Source: a virus. From it: a stretch of DNA of 64,000 bases. The stretch is taken from positions 18,147 through 82,146 of IMG/VR virus record IMGVR_UViG_3300049002_000006. The stretch is one strand, 5' to 3'. The notes under the pieces are model-generated. The model was given only the letters and a program-made list of their open reading frames with translations, made no database searches and had not been told where the DNA came from. The stretch's first letter is position 1. Every line of letters starts with the position of its first letter. Below are positions 1 to 9,004 of the stretch, piece by piece. The position numbers were made by a program, and so were the translations under genes.

Positions 1-2205
1 TTGGACGGGTTCGTGAACGGGGTGATTCGGAACAATGTCATCTATAATTGCTACTCGGCCGGAATCGCCCTGTTTAACGGAGACACGCCCCAGCCGTCTA
101 CCGGAAACGTTGTTTGCAACAATTCGATTCACTTGGCGGCAACTTCCCCGGAGGCCAAGGGGGTGATCTACCTGACCGGGGCGGCGACGGGGAACAAGGT
201 CTTCAACAACGTCGTCTGGTGTGCGAACACGGTCAATGGGGACAGCGGGCAGGGCGGGTATACAGTCCTCGTCAGCCAAGCCGCGATCAGCGGCGACGAC
301 CCGAGCCAATTCGATTACAACGCCTATGCGGACGAGGGTGACAACCAGATTGCGGTCAATACCGGTCTAGAGGCCGGTCCGGTCCGGCTGACGCTTGCCC
401 AATGGCAGTTCAGCGGGTTCGACGCCCACGGCATCACAGTGGACGCCGACGATGCCTTCCTGGACTCGGCAACTCCGAATTTGGAGCCGAAGTCCGGAAG
501 TGATTTGATTGATGCTGGGATTGACACGTTCGCAGGAGAGGATGCACCGGACGATGACGTGAACGGGGCAGACCGGCCGTCCGGTACCTTGTTCGACATC
601 GGGGCGTTTGAGTACGACGCGAATGCCGTCCATATCACGGCGACGTCCCCCGTCGGGAATTCAGTCGGAGTTAAATCCGGGGTAGTTGCTTGGACGTATG
701 ACCGGGCAATCAGTTCCGCTAGTATCGTGTTCACTCTAGTCGATGAGGACGACGTGGCAGTTGCAGGATCGGTCGGATACAACTCGGGCAGTCATGTTGC
801 CACGTTCACCCCGACCGATCCTGACGATATTAACCCACTGACCGAGTACACTGCGACTGTGTCCGTGACGACTACTGTCGGTGGCGGACAGACGATGCCG
901 AGGCCGGCTATTTGGTCGTTCACTACCGCGGCAGCGCCTAGTGTAGGTCCGTTTAGCCTGTTCGGGCAGTCGGTTCCGTCTATCGCGGACTTTGACGATC
1001 CGACTCCTGTCGAACTCGGTACACGGATTAAAGCGTCCTACAACGGCTACGTCATCGGTGTTCGCTTTTATAAAGCCCTCCTGAACACGGGCACACACGC
1101 GGCCCACTTCTGGACTGTGAGCGGATCGCTTTCCGCCACTAAAAACTTCGCCGGAGAAACCTCGTCCGGTTGGCAGGAGCAAGAATTCGATACACCGATC
1201 GGAGTTACGGCCAACGTCGCGTTCATCGTCAGCTACACCTGCCCGGTCGGACACTGGGGGGCCACCCGACCGTTCTTTACTACTGATTTCGTAAATGGTT
1301 TATTGACCGGGCCGGTGGACGATCCGGAAGGCTCCCCGAACGGCCCGTTTCACGCCTACGGCGGTTTTCCTGATACTTCCGTCGGGGCTACTTGGTACGG
1401 TGTCGATTGTCTGTTCACAGGACAAGATCCGTACCCTGACAAGACTGGGGTTAGCATCTTCTCGGCCCTGACGTGGGTGTTTGCAGACGCGGTAGATCCG
1501 GTGTCGGTGACGTTCAGTCTAGTCGATTCCGGAGACACTCCTGTAGACGGGACGTTGACGAACGACGGTCCGAAGAAGAGGTTCACTTTCACTCCGGACG
1601 ACGTACTGGAACTTAGTGAGACTTACACGGCTTCGGTGTCGGGGGCCACACTGGACGGTGGGACAATCACTCAACCGACCGAACAGACATGGTCGTTTAC
1701 GACGGAAGCTGTCGCCAGCCCGGTGAATATCTTCGGAACAACAGTTCCTGGTACTATCGACGCGACGGACTCCCAGCCGTTCGAGGGGGGCGTCAAGTTC
1801 CGGTCCACAGTAGGTGGGAACGCCGTCGGAGTCCGATTTTACAAGGGGCCGCTAGATACCGGGACGCACGTCGGCCGACTGTACACGGTCCTCGGCGTCC
1901 TACTCGCCGAAGTCGCGTTCACCGGAGAGTCGGCGTCCGGCTGGCAAGAGATGAATTTCGCCAGCCCGGTCGCCCTGACGGCCGGTGTGACCTATGTCGT
2001 CAGTGTCTACCACGCCTCTGGGTTCTTCCCGATCAACGCGAACTACTTCACGGCTTCGGGGCACACCAACAATCCGTTGACGGCTTTGCAGACCGGAGTG
2101 GACGGAGGGAATGGTGTGTTCCTTGAAGGTCTAGGCGGAGGATTCCCGACGACGACGGTGAACGGCGGCAACTACTGGTCTGACATCATCTTCCAGGTGA
2201 CTTGA
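1..2205 (+). CDS. Large virion/surface adhesin-like protein, 5' truncated: parallel beta-helix, choice-of-anchor-Q-like segment, two (Ig-like + DUF4082) modules
   Basis: beta-helix repeats IRNNVIY/VCNNSI/VFNNVV; DIGAFEY motif; FTPTDPDDINPLTEYTATVS and FTPDDVLELSETYTASVS Ig repeats; GVRFYK...GTH...GE[TS][AS]SGWQE twice. Confidence 0.75.
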   Translation: MDGFVNGVIRNNVIYNCYSAGIALFNGDTPQPSTGNVVCNNSIHLAATSPEAKGVIYLTGAATGNKVFNNVVWCANTVNGDSGQGGYTVLVSQAAISGDDPSQFDYNAYADEGDNQIAVNTGLEAGPVRLTLAQWQFSGFDAHGITVDADDAFLDSATPNLEPKSGSDLIDAGIDTFAGEDAPDDDVNGADRPSGTLFDIGAFEYDANAVHITATSPVGNSVGVKSGVVAWTYDRAISSASIVFTLVDEDDVAVAGSVGYNSGSHVATFTPTDPDDINPLTEYTATVSVTTTVGGGQTMPRPAIWSFTTAAAPSVGPFSLFGQSVPSIADFDDPTPVELGTRIKASYNGYVIGVRFYKALLNTGTHAAHFWTVSGSLSATKNFAGETSSGWQEQEFDTPIGVTANVAFIVSYTCPVGHWGATRPFFTTDFVNGLLTGPVDDPEGSPNGPFHAYGGFPDTSVGATWYGVDCLFTGQDPYPDKTGVSIFSALTWVFADAVDPVSVTFSLVDSGDTPVDGTLTNDGPKKRFTFTPDDVLELSETYTASVSGATLDGGTITQPTEQTWSFTTEAVASPVNIFGTTVPGTIDATDSQPFEGGVKFRSTVGGNAVGVRFYKGPLDTGTHVGRLYTVLGVLLAEVAFTGESASGWQEMNFASPVALTAGVTYVVSVYHASGFFPINANYFTASGHTNNPLTALQTGVDGGNGVFLEGLGGGFPTTTVNGGNYWSDIIFQVT

Positions 2206-2645
2206 TGGCAAATGAGTTCCAAGTCGATTATATTCCTGGGGCAACTGTCTACTTCCTGGTTCGAGACTACCTAGGACGGATATGGTCTACTGTTGCGTCG
2301 TCGTTCGGGACGTATGCTACGGTGACCTTGGCGAATTACGACGTGTCGGCCACCGAACAAGGAACGGCAAGTGGGTATTATGTGGCCGACGCCCCGGCCG
2401 GGTTACCGAAAGGTGTGTATAACGTCGTGGCGAAGGTCCAGGCAGGAGGGTCCCCGTCTGAGGTAGACTTGACTATCGGGTTTGGGACCCTAGAATTTCC
2501 GCCGGCCTGGTTCGAATACGGCGGGCAGACGATCAAGAACGATGGGGCTGGGACGATTGTCCGAAAAGATCGGGACGGGAATACAGTGTCGAGTCAGACG
2601 TTCACTAGTGCTTCCGGGGTGGACACCATTAACGCGGCGTCCTAA
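2202..2645 (+). CDS. Hypothetical virion-associated protein
   Basis: Translationally coupled ORF, beta-rich, in the structural arm. Confidence 0.55.
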   Translation: MMANEFQVDYIPGATVYFLVRDYLGRIWSTVASSFGTYATVTLANYDVSATEQGTASGYYVADAPAGLPKGVYNVVAKVQAGGSPSEVDLTIGFGTLEFPPAWFEYGGQTIKNDGAGTIVRKDRDGNTVSSQTFTSASGVDTINAAS

Positions 2646-3178
2646 TGATCGACGTACTCGACTTCTTGACGGTTGCCTACCCCTTTTCTTTTGGGGCTTC
2701 CGTTGGGCCGCCGGACCAGGATGAAGGATGGATATTCGACACTCCTAAAGGAGTCCACGTTCGGGTATTTTTGCCCACGGACGAGTCTCAGTTTCTCACA
2801 GGAGAGTCGATGCCGACCGCACAATTCGCCGTAGGGACTTTGATCCTGATTAAAGGGGAAATTAAGACCTTCGGTTTTGACTATTCCAAGTTTGGGGCGG
2901 TCCGGGCCGGGGACACAATTCAGAACCCGGTCGTGTCGTTCGTCACGGGGGGCAGCGGAGTTACTGTGGGCACGGCCGAAGTGAACACCGAAGAGTTCTT
3001 CGATTTTGGCACTAGAAAGGCCATTCCCGCGAACAAGGGCGTTATTGTGGCGTTTGATGCCTCTGGCACAATAACGCCAGGGAAATACGTTGTCAGTTGC
3101 GTTGCGCAAGTAGGTGACGATCCTGCCGTGAAGATTCTTGGGAAAGTTCTAGTCACAGACACGTCGGGGGGTATCTAG
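2645..3178 (+). CDS. Hypothetical structural protein (fibre/adaptor-like Ig fold)
   Basis: Coupled ORF; IKGEIKTFGFDYS and GKYVVSCVA resemble phage fibre-adaptor proteins. Confidence 0.45.
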   Translation: MIDVLDFLTVAYPFSFGASVGPPDQDEGWIFDTPKGVHVRVFLPTDESQFLTGESMPTAQFAVGTLILIKGEIKTFGFDYSKFGAVRAGDTIQNPVVSFVTGGSGVTVGTAEVNTEEFFDFGTRKAIPANKGVIVAFDASGTITPGKYVVSCVAQVGDDPAVKILGKVLVTDTSGGI

Positions 3179-3194
3179 GACCACTGCAAGGTGG

Positions 3195-3278
3195 CGGCTC
3201 CGGTAGAAGTAGTTGCGAGTCCTACTTCTGGTAAGTTGATGTTGTAAGATCGGACCTTACAACATCAAGCCGGGGCTG
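3195..3278 (+). ncRNA. Candidate three-way-junction structured RNA or leader
   Basis: Outer stem 3195-3204/3269-3278 with G-U pairs on + strand; hairpin AGAAGTAG/CTACTTCT (3205-3229); perfect 13-bp hairpin TTGATGTTGTAAG/CTTACAACATCAA (3236-3268). Confidence 0.45.
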
Positions 3279-3298
3279 ATATATTAAGGAATACTAAA

Positions 3299-3397
3299 AT
3301 GGTTTCGTTCGACAGGTCTTGGTGGAAGGGACCGGCCCCGTGGTGGGGCGGGCTACTGGTCGTCGCCGTAACCCTACTGTTCTGGATTTTCTCATGA
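3299..3397 (+). CDS. Small 32-aa membrane peptide MVSFDRSWWKGPAPWWGGLLVVAVTLLFWIFS (not in ORF track)
   Basis: TAAGGA RBS upstream; hydrophobic C-terminal helix; ATGA overlap with portal start. Confidence 0.55.
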   Translation: MVSFDRSWWKGPAPWWGGLLVVAVTLLFWIFS

Positions 3398-4980
3398 AGG
3401 GTATGCCAAAGGTCACTTTCGACCAGGCCGAGCGGATCCTCGATCAGAAAATCGAAGAACTCCTTCGTCACGGCAACGTCCGGAACGAATCCAGTCTGCA
3501 CGGTCGGCCGTCCCGGTCCGATCTTGCTGCCACGTCTGTGGACGAAGATCCGGAAAGGGACTTGTACACGGAGTGCGGGTATCCGAGGACGATCACCGCC
3601 TTCAAGTATAAAGCCCTGATCGAACGGGAAGGACACGCCCGCCGGGCGAACGAAATCTACCCGGACGAAACGTGGGCCGAGGAGCCCGAGATTTTCGAGT
3701 CGGACGATGAGACGGTCGAGACTCCACTGGAAAAGTCGTGGTTGGAGTACGCCGCGAAGACCAGGGCTTTGAGGTACATGTACCTCGGAGACATCGCGTC
3801 GGGCATCGGCCGGATCGGCGGACTTTTATTCGGCTTTAACGACCTATCTGGAAGCCGGAAGCCGGAAAAACCAGTTCTAGGTTTGAAGGACGACGGGACG
3901 CGAGCCCCCGGCCGCCCGCCCGAAGACCGTCAACACCTGTTCACGCGGGTGTTTGACGAGACGCTCATCCAGATCGTTGACGTTGACAACAGTTACGGGC
4001 CACGACACGGCCAGCCGACGATGTACCGGCTGACGCTCACGACACCTGACGGCATCATCAACTCCGCGACCGAGGGCACGCAACGACCGATCAGCAAGAA
4101 GGCGGCAACGGACGAGACGCTACTAGTTCATTGGACTAGGTTCTTGCCCCTGGCCGACGGGAAGACGACACACCCGATTTTCGGCACGCCCCGACTCGAA
4201 AGCAACTATAACCGGTTGCTCGATCTTCGGAAGCTGTATTCGGCCTCGCCCGAGATGTTCTACAACGGAGCGTTTCCTGGGTATTCTCTCGAAGCCCTGC
4301 CGGACGTGACCAGTGACGACGACATCGACGTGGAGGCGACTCAACTCCAGCTGAGTCGGTACCGGAAGAAACTGCAACGGTTTGTCATGCTCGTTGGCAT
4401 GACCATGAAGCCGCTGACACCACAAATTGCCGACCCGTCTAAGCACGTCGAAGTCTTGTTGGCGGCCGTCGCTATGGCGATGGGTATTCCGCTACGAATC
4501 TTCCTGGGCTCGGAGTCAGGGCATCTGGCGTCCACACAAGACGTAGCCACATGGAACAAGCGACTGGCAAAGCGGCAGCATACCTACGTCACCCCCGAGA
4601 TTATCATTCCGTACATCGAACGGATGCAACTCGTCGGGTGTCTGCCGCAGTCGAAGCAGGTCAAGGTGGCGTGGGCCGACTTAAACAGTTCGTCGGACGA
4701 GACGCAGGCGGACGTGGCGTTGAAGACCACGCAAGCCTTGTTGCAGTACGCCAAGTCCGGGGCCGAGGAATTCTTCCCGTTGCCGTTCTTCCTGGCTCAC
4801 GTCCTGAAGTATAACAGGAAGTTGGTGTCGGCTATTGTCAAGGAGGCTCAGAAGCGAGGTCGGTTGAAGCTGACGAGGAAGGTTTGGGAACAAGAAAAGG
4901 CCGCTCCGATCGGCGGGACAGGGAAGAAGCAGACCGGAGCTAAGACTGGTCGCAAGAGGAATGCGACCAGTAGTAAGTGA
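3394..4980 (+). CDS. Portal protein (DUF1073-type)
   Basis: DLYTECGYP, HWTRFL, FGTPRLE.YNRLLDL.K...S.EMFY, GIPLRIFLGSE.G.LAS.QD motifs; start refined to ATG 3394. Confidence 0.85.
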   Translation: MKGMPKVTFDQAERILDQKIEELLRHGNVRNESSLHGRPSRSDLAATSVDEDPERDLYTECGYPRTITAFKYKALIEREGHARRANEIYPDETWAEEPEIFESDDETVETPLEKSWLEYAAKTRALRYMYLGDIASGIGRIGGLLFGFNDLSGSRKPEKPVLGLKDDGTRAPGRPPEDRQHLFTRVFDETLIQIVDVDNSYGPRHGQPTMYRLTLTTPDGIINSATEGTQRPISKKAATDETLLVHWTRFLPLADGKTTHPIFGTPRLESNYNRLLDLRKLYSASPEMFYNGAFPGYSLEALPDVTSDDDIDVEATQLQLSRYRKKLQRFVMLVGMTMKPLTPQIADPSKHVEVLLAAVAMAMGIPLRIFLGSESGHLASTQDVATWNKRLAKRQHTYVTPEIIIPYIERMQLVGCLPQSKQVKVAWADLNSSSDETQADVALKTTQALLQYAKSGAEEFFPLPFFLAHVLKYNRKLVSAIVKEAQKRGRLKLTRKVWEQEKAAPIGGTGKKQTGAKTGRKRNATSSK

Positions 4981-5005
4981 TCGCCTTCGCCTATCGGGAG
5001 TTAGG

Positions 5006-5656
5006 ATGTGGTGGTTTGAAACAACAGACTGGCCCGCCCGCTGGCAGTGCGGTATTTGGCCGTGGTGGCTAGGATGGGGGACGATTTGTAGTAACCTGAT
5101 GATCACGGGAGCTTACTACCTGATTCCTGGTTTGATGCTTTATTTAATCAGGAAGAAGCCGGAGCTAGTCCATAGTCACAAGAAACTGGCAATTTGGTTT
5201 GCTATGTTCGTCATCATGTGTGGAACGACTCACGCGATGGACGCTCTGTCGTACTGGTGGCCGGCTTATCGATTTAATCTTTTGGTCCGTTTCGGAACGG
5301 CAGTCGTCTCCGTGTACACTCTGGCTTTGTTGTGGGCCAGTCGCTTATCACTCTTGAATTACTGCGGGCCGGAGGCCGTGCAGAAGTTACTAGACGAGCG
5401 CAACGAAGCTGTCCGGAAGTTACAGGCGACCAATAGGCTCCTCGAAGCGCAGGCGGCCAGAGACCACAGGCAATTACAGGAATTCGAGAAGGACTTGTCT
5501 GACGTCCGAGTTCAAGCCGTCAAATTAGAGCAAATGGACGATGACGGGTTAAGAGCCATCGGAGACCAAATCCGGAAGAAGATCCATGAGATTCGAGGGC
5601 ACACTCCGATCTCCCTCGCCCACGTGATAGCCAAAGCCGGAGAAGAAATACCGTGA
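5006..5656 (+). CDS. Stand-alone ethylene-receptor-like (ETR1-type) 3-TM sensor domain plus coiled coil, no kinase domain
   Basis: DWPARWQCG..W, SNLMITGAYYLIP, FAMFVIMCGTTH, RFGTAVVS match the ETR1 SD..IA.AYFSIP / FGAFIVLCGATH / K..TAVVS pattern; GGGAG RBS before ATG 5006. Confidence 0.75.
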   Translation: MWWFETTDWPARWQCGIWPWWLGWGTICSNLMITGAYYLIPGLMLYLIRKKPELVHSHKKLAIWFAMFVIMCGTTHAMDALSYWWPAYRFNLLVRFGTAVVSVYTLALLWASRLSLLNYCGPEAVQKLLDERNEAVRKLQATNRLLEAQAARDHRQLQEFEKDLSDVRVQAVKLEQMDDDGLRAIGDQIRKKIHEIRGHTPISLAHVIAKAGEEIP

Positions 5657-6129
5657 TTACGCCTATCGTGTTCGCCGACACTGACTGGAGTACAGTCGTG
5701 ACAGCAGCGGTGGCAGCTTTCTTAACTGTGGCAACTACCATAGGAGGCGGAATAGGGTGGTTGCTGAATTGGCGGTCTAAGCAGGAAGACAAAGAAAGGA
5801 AATATTCGACCGAAATGATGACCAGGTTCGAAGCCCTGGTCGGTAAGGTCGAAAGCATATCGACCGAATTTCGGACGGCAAACCGGGACATGGCCAAGGA
5901 CTTCCAAGGCACGGCGACCTCTTTGGCGAAGGAGGCCAGAACGGAAAGCCGGGAAGTGATGAAGACTCTGCTGAACATCCAGAGTGAGGCGGTCGAAGCC
6001 GTCGGCGGATTGGCCACCGAGGTCAGAGCCCTCGGGATGGCCCTCAACGAGTTGAGACTGGAGTTAGACAGGAAGCAAGACAAGCACCCGTCGCTAGTGC
6101 TTCCTGCCGGGGTGACAGGAGGGAGTTGA
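5653..6129 (+). CDS. Single-TM coiled-coil protein (holin/antiholin-like)
   Basis: N-terminal TM VVTAAVAAFLTVATTIGGGIGWLL followed by heptad coiled coil. Confidence 0.5.
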   Translation: MITPIVFADTDWSTVVTAAVAAFLTVATTIGGGIGWLLNWRSKQEDKERKYSTEMMTRFEALVGKVESISTEFRTANRDMAKDFQGTATSLAKEARTESREVMKTLLNIQSEAVEAVGGLATEVRALGMALNELRLELDRKQDKHPSLVLPAGVTGGS

Positions 6130-6341
6130 TGATGCCAGAAGAACTCCATAGCGGACAGTCACTATTCTGGTATCGAGTTTTCGTGATCGTCGTCAGCCTC
6201 GCCATCGTCCAATACGTCGTCGGCCGTATTTCGACCAAAGATTCGACACGCGAAGACGTGGCCTCGTCTATGGTACGGGAAAACGAGGCTAGAACGTGGG
6301 CATGGTGGGTGGCGGTCCGATCTGACAATCAACAACCGTGA
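6126..6341 (+). CDS. Small membrane protein
   Basis: TM segment VFVIVVSLAIVQYVV; coupled to the previous gene. Confidence 0.4.
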   Translation: MMMPEELHSGQSLFWYRVFVIVVSLAIVQYVVGRISTKDSTREDVASSMVRENEARTWAWWVAVRSDNQQP

Positions 6342-6705
6342 CGAAGAATCGATAGTCGGACGTACCTCTGATTTTCCCGTCCCAAGTCCGGCCCACACAC
6401 TTGCCATAGATCCAGATGATCCCAGTCAGGTCCTTCGGCTTCTCGAGGAATCGAAATACCAAGACGGCCGGTTCTGACAGTGGGCCGACGTGGACCAGAA
6501 TGTCGTCGCCCGAGATGGTGTAAGTTGTTACTGCAACGACCACTCGCCGGTCGTTGTAAGCGATGGTTGCATTAGTTGGGTCAGATTTGTACGCTTGAAC
6601 TAGATAATCGAATCGGACGACTGCCGGCGAATCGTCCTTAACTCCGGCACACGAGGACAACATGACGATTAAGAAGCCGGCGACGACACGGAAAAAAGAG
6701 GTCAC
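6289..6705 (-). CDS. Lipoprotein with OB-fold (tRNA_anti-like), moron-like
   Basis: AGGAGG RBS and GTG at 6705; lipobox LSSC; LVQAYKSD...A...YNDRRVVV and IYGKCVG motifs. Confidence 0.6.
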   Translation of the reverse strand: MTSFFRVVAGFLIVMLSSCAGVKDDSPAVVRFDYLVQAYKSDPTNATIAYNDRRVVVAVTTYTISGDDILVHVGPLSEPAVLVFRFLEKPKDLTGIIWIYGKCVGRTWDGKIRGTSDYRFFVTVVDCQIGPPPTMPTF

Positions 6706-6892
6706 TGGGAAGCCTCCTAAGGTAAGAATCAAGACCGATGCTCCTGTCTGTTCCGGTCCTCCTCAGGGGGCCGGCGGAGTTTGGGTCCATGACGGCATTA
6801 GCTGGACCCAAAAACAAGTCCCAACAGGAAGCGGTACTTGGCGTCTGATCTGGACGTCAGCCCACGGTTGGGATTGGGAGCCCGTCAACTAA
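6662..6892 (+). CDS. Hypothetical Trp-rich small protein, overlapping the lipoprotein gene head-to-head
   Basis: GAGGA RBS; PTGSGTWRL-type motif; reality uncertain. Confidence 0.3.
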   Translation: MTIKKPATTRKKEVTGKPPKVRIKTDAPVCSGPPQGAGGVWVHDGISWTQKQVPTGSGTWRLIWTSAHGWDWEPVN

Positions 6893-6959
6893 TATAATCG
6901 AGATTCGCCTCAGGAACCTGTCAAAAATCTTTCGCCCTTTTAAAACGCAGGAGATTTGA

Positions 6960-7673
6960 ATGCGACGACTCGCAATCGTTGGCATGTTCGTCCTGGTGAC
7001 GGCGTGCCAAGCTGCCGACTTGAAACTGGTCGGTGAGCGGCAAGTGTCGGCGGACAAATTCGCCGACTTCATGGTCGAAGGTCACACCGAAAACGTAGAC
7101 TACTTCGTCTATCCGATCCCGCCAATGTCAGTAGAGCGGGGCGGCGGGATATCGTTCAGCCGCGATCCGAAGGTTGCCGTCTACGTCATCAAAGCGACCG
7201 TGGTAGATTTCAACGCCAAAAAGGTTTTGAAGAGTGATCTAGTTCCGGTGACATTCGGGATTCCGATCCCACCAGGTCCTCCGGACCCACCTGAACCGCC
7301 CCCACTGCCGGAAGATCCCTTCATCAAAGGGTTGAGAGAGGAAGTTGCGAAAATCTCTCCCGCGGAAGACAAAGCCCGGGTCACGGCTTTGTCGGAAATG
7401 TACCGGGCCGGGGCCAAAGCCGTCGAGGACAAGATCGTCAAATCATGGACCGGGCTCCGGGCAAAGTTGGGGGACGAAGCGGCCAGTCGTCAAATTTCAG
7501 GTCGTCTAGCAAACGTCCAGAAGTACATCATCGAAACCAAGCTGAGTAAGGCGATGCCGAAAACCATCGATCCTCTGGACGACGTGTTTACGGCAGATAA
7601 AGGGAGGGCCGCTCAGCAGGTGTTGACCGAGGCGGCGGATGCTTTGGACAAGGTGGCCAGGAACGGAAAGTAA
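6960..7673 (+). CDS. Secreted/lipoprotein with Pro-rich linker and helical C-terminal domain
   Basis: Signal peptide MRRLAIVGMFVLVTAC; PIPPGPPDPPEPPPLP linker; GGAG RBS. Confidence 0.65.
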   Translation: MRRLAIVGMFVLVTACQAADLKLVGERQVSADKFADFMVEGHTENVDYFVYPIPPMSVERGGGISFSRDPKVAVYVIKATVVDFNAKKVLKSDLVPVTFGIPIPPGPPDPPEPPPLPEDPFIKGLREEVAKISPAEDKARVTALSEMYRAGAKAVEDKIVKSWTGLRAKLGDEAASRQISGRLANVQKYIIETKLSKAMPKTIDPLDDVFTADKGRAAQQVLTEAADALDKVARNGK

Positions 7674-7688
7674 CCAGGAGAACTCGCG

Positions 7689-8708
7689 ATGGACGAACAT
7701 GAAATCTTCCGGCAGGTCGGTGGTCGCCCAATGCTTCCTGTAGGAGCCAAGTTCGCCGACTTCGCTCCCGCAGACGTTCCGTGGAACTTCGGGCTTCTGC
7801 CACAGACGCCTCCGGTCCTGGACATGATCCGGGCCACGCCGTCCTTGGCCCAACGGTTTCCTAGACTTGTCGGGTCATGGGACGGCAAGACCGAAATCAA
7901 CCTGCTTGATTCGGTTCGGAAGATTGGTGTGGACCCGATCAGTCTCGTACAGTACCAGCCCCGCGGGACTTGTGGCGGCCGGGCGGGGAGTCTCGGCCTC
8001 GACCTGATCCAGGCTTCCGTGATCGCGTCGGGCAGGTCTGATAAGAAGACTAAGTTCCGGCGGGCCTCGCACGCGGCCGTCTACTACTTCGCCCGGCAGA
8101 AGTACGGCATGGACCGGGGCGGGAATAACGAAAACAATGACGGCGTGGCGGGCGGGGCCGTGCCCGAGATCCTAGCCGACCCCTTATTCGGTGTCGTATT
8201 CCGGGACGAGATCGGGGACACGAACTACTACGGTGAAGGGTCGGACGATCTGGCGTGTACGATTGGTGGCGGTCAAATCAGTGCGGACATGAAGAAGAAG
8301 ATTCACGAATTAGGTAGCGACAACACCATCGTGAAGGTCCGGTGCAAGTCTGCGCAAGACGTGGCCGACGTCCTGTTCAATCGAGGAGTCATCGTTCAGT
8401 CCGACAGTCAGGGCTACACGATGCAGCGGGACAAGGACGGATTTTGCCGTCCTTCTGGAACGTGGGCTCATTACCAAGTTCGCGGGGGGATTATAATCCG
8501 GAACGGCCGAAAAGGGTTTGTATACTACCAGTCGTGGAACAGGGACACACCGTCGGGGGACGTGATTCCGGGTTATACCGGAAACTGCTTCGGCGTAGAT
8601 TGGGACGTCGAAGACAAGCTGTGCCGGACCGGCGAAGTGGATGGACTACTGGACCTGGCTCTGTGGGATTACGATAAAGGACCGATCGAACTCAACTGGT
8701 TATTCTAA
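7689..8708 (+). CDS. Papain-like (C1-related) cysteine peptidase
   Basis: QPRGTC (oxyanion Q plus catalytic C), WAH (His), YQSWN in place of NSWG. Confidence 0.6.
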   Translation: MDEHEIFRQVGGRPMLPVGAKFADFAPADVPWNFGLLPQTPPVLDMIRATPSLAQRFPRLVGSWDGKTEINLLDSVRKIGVDPISLVQYQPRGTCGGRAGSLGLDLIQASVIASGRSDKKTKFRRASHAAVYYFARQKYGMDRGGNNENNDGVAGGAVPEILADPLFGVVFRDEIGDTNYYGEGSDDLACTIGGGQISADMKKKIHELGSDNTIVKVRCKSAQDVADVLFNRGVIVQSDSQGYTMQRDKDGFCRPSGTWAHYQVRGGIIIRNGRKGFVYYQSWNRDTPSGDVIPGYTGNCFGVDWDVEDKLCRTGEVDGLLDLALWDYDKGPIELNWLF

Positions 8709-8727
8709 CTAACAAAGGAAGTGTGTC

Positions 8728-8991
8728 ATGCCAAAATTCAGAAGCAGGCCGGTCGATTTCGAGGCCGTCCAATGGAAAGGAGATATGTACGGCACGCCAG
8801 GAGTCATTCAAGAACCCAATCCGGACTATCGGCCAGGAGGGACACTACCTGATTATAAGTATTACGTGATGACAGCCCACAAACAAAAGGTGTACTTAGA
8901 AATCGGAGATTGGGTCCGAGCCGAGCCGGATGGCAGAGGACACTACCCGATCAAGCCGGACATCTTCGTGACCATTTGTGACCCGATATAA
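8728..8991 (+). CDS. Small phage protein (PGDYG-like)
   Basis: KFRSRPV.FEAVQW...GDWV....G..YPIKPDIF pattern. Confidence 0.6.
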   Translation: MPKFRSRPVDFEAVQWKGDMYGTPGVIQEPNPDYRPGGTLPDYKYYVMTAHKQKVYLEIGDWVRAEPDGRGHYPIKPDIFVTICDPI

Positions 8992-9004
8992 AGAGGAGTG
9001 TGCT

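Noticed and set aside
3394-4980. Anti-CBASS Acb1 label often attached to DUF1073 proteins
   Set aside because: Size, motifs and position fit a portal protein
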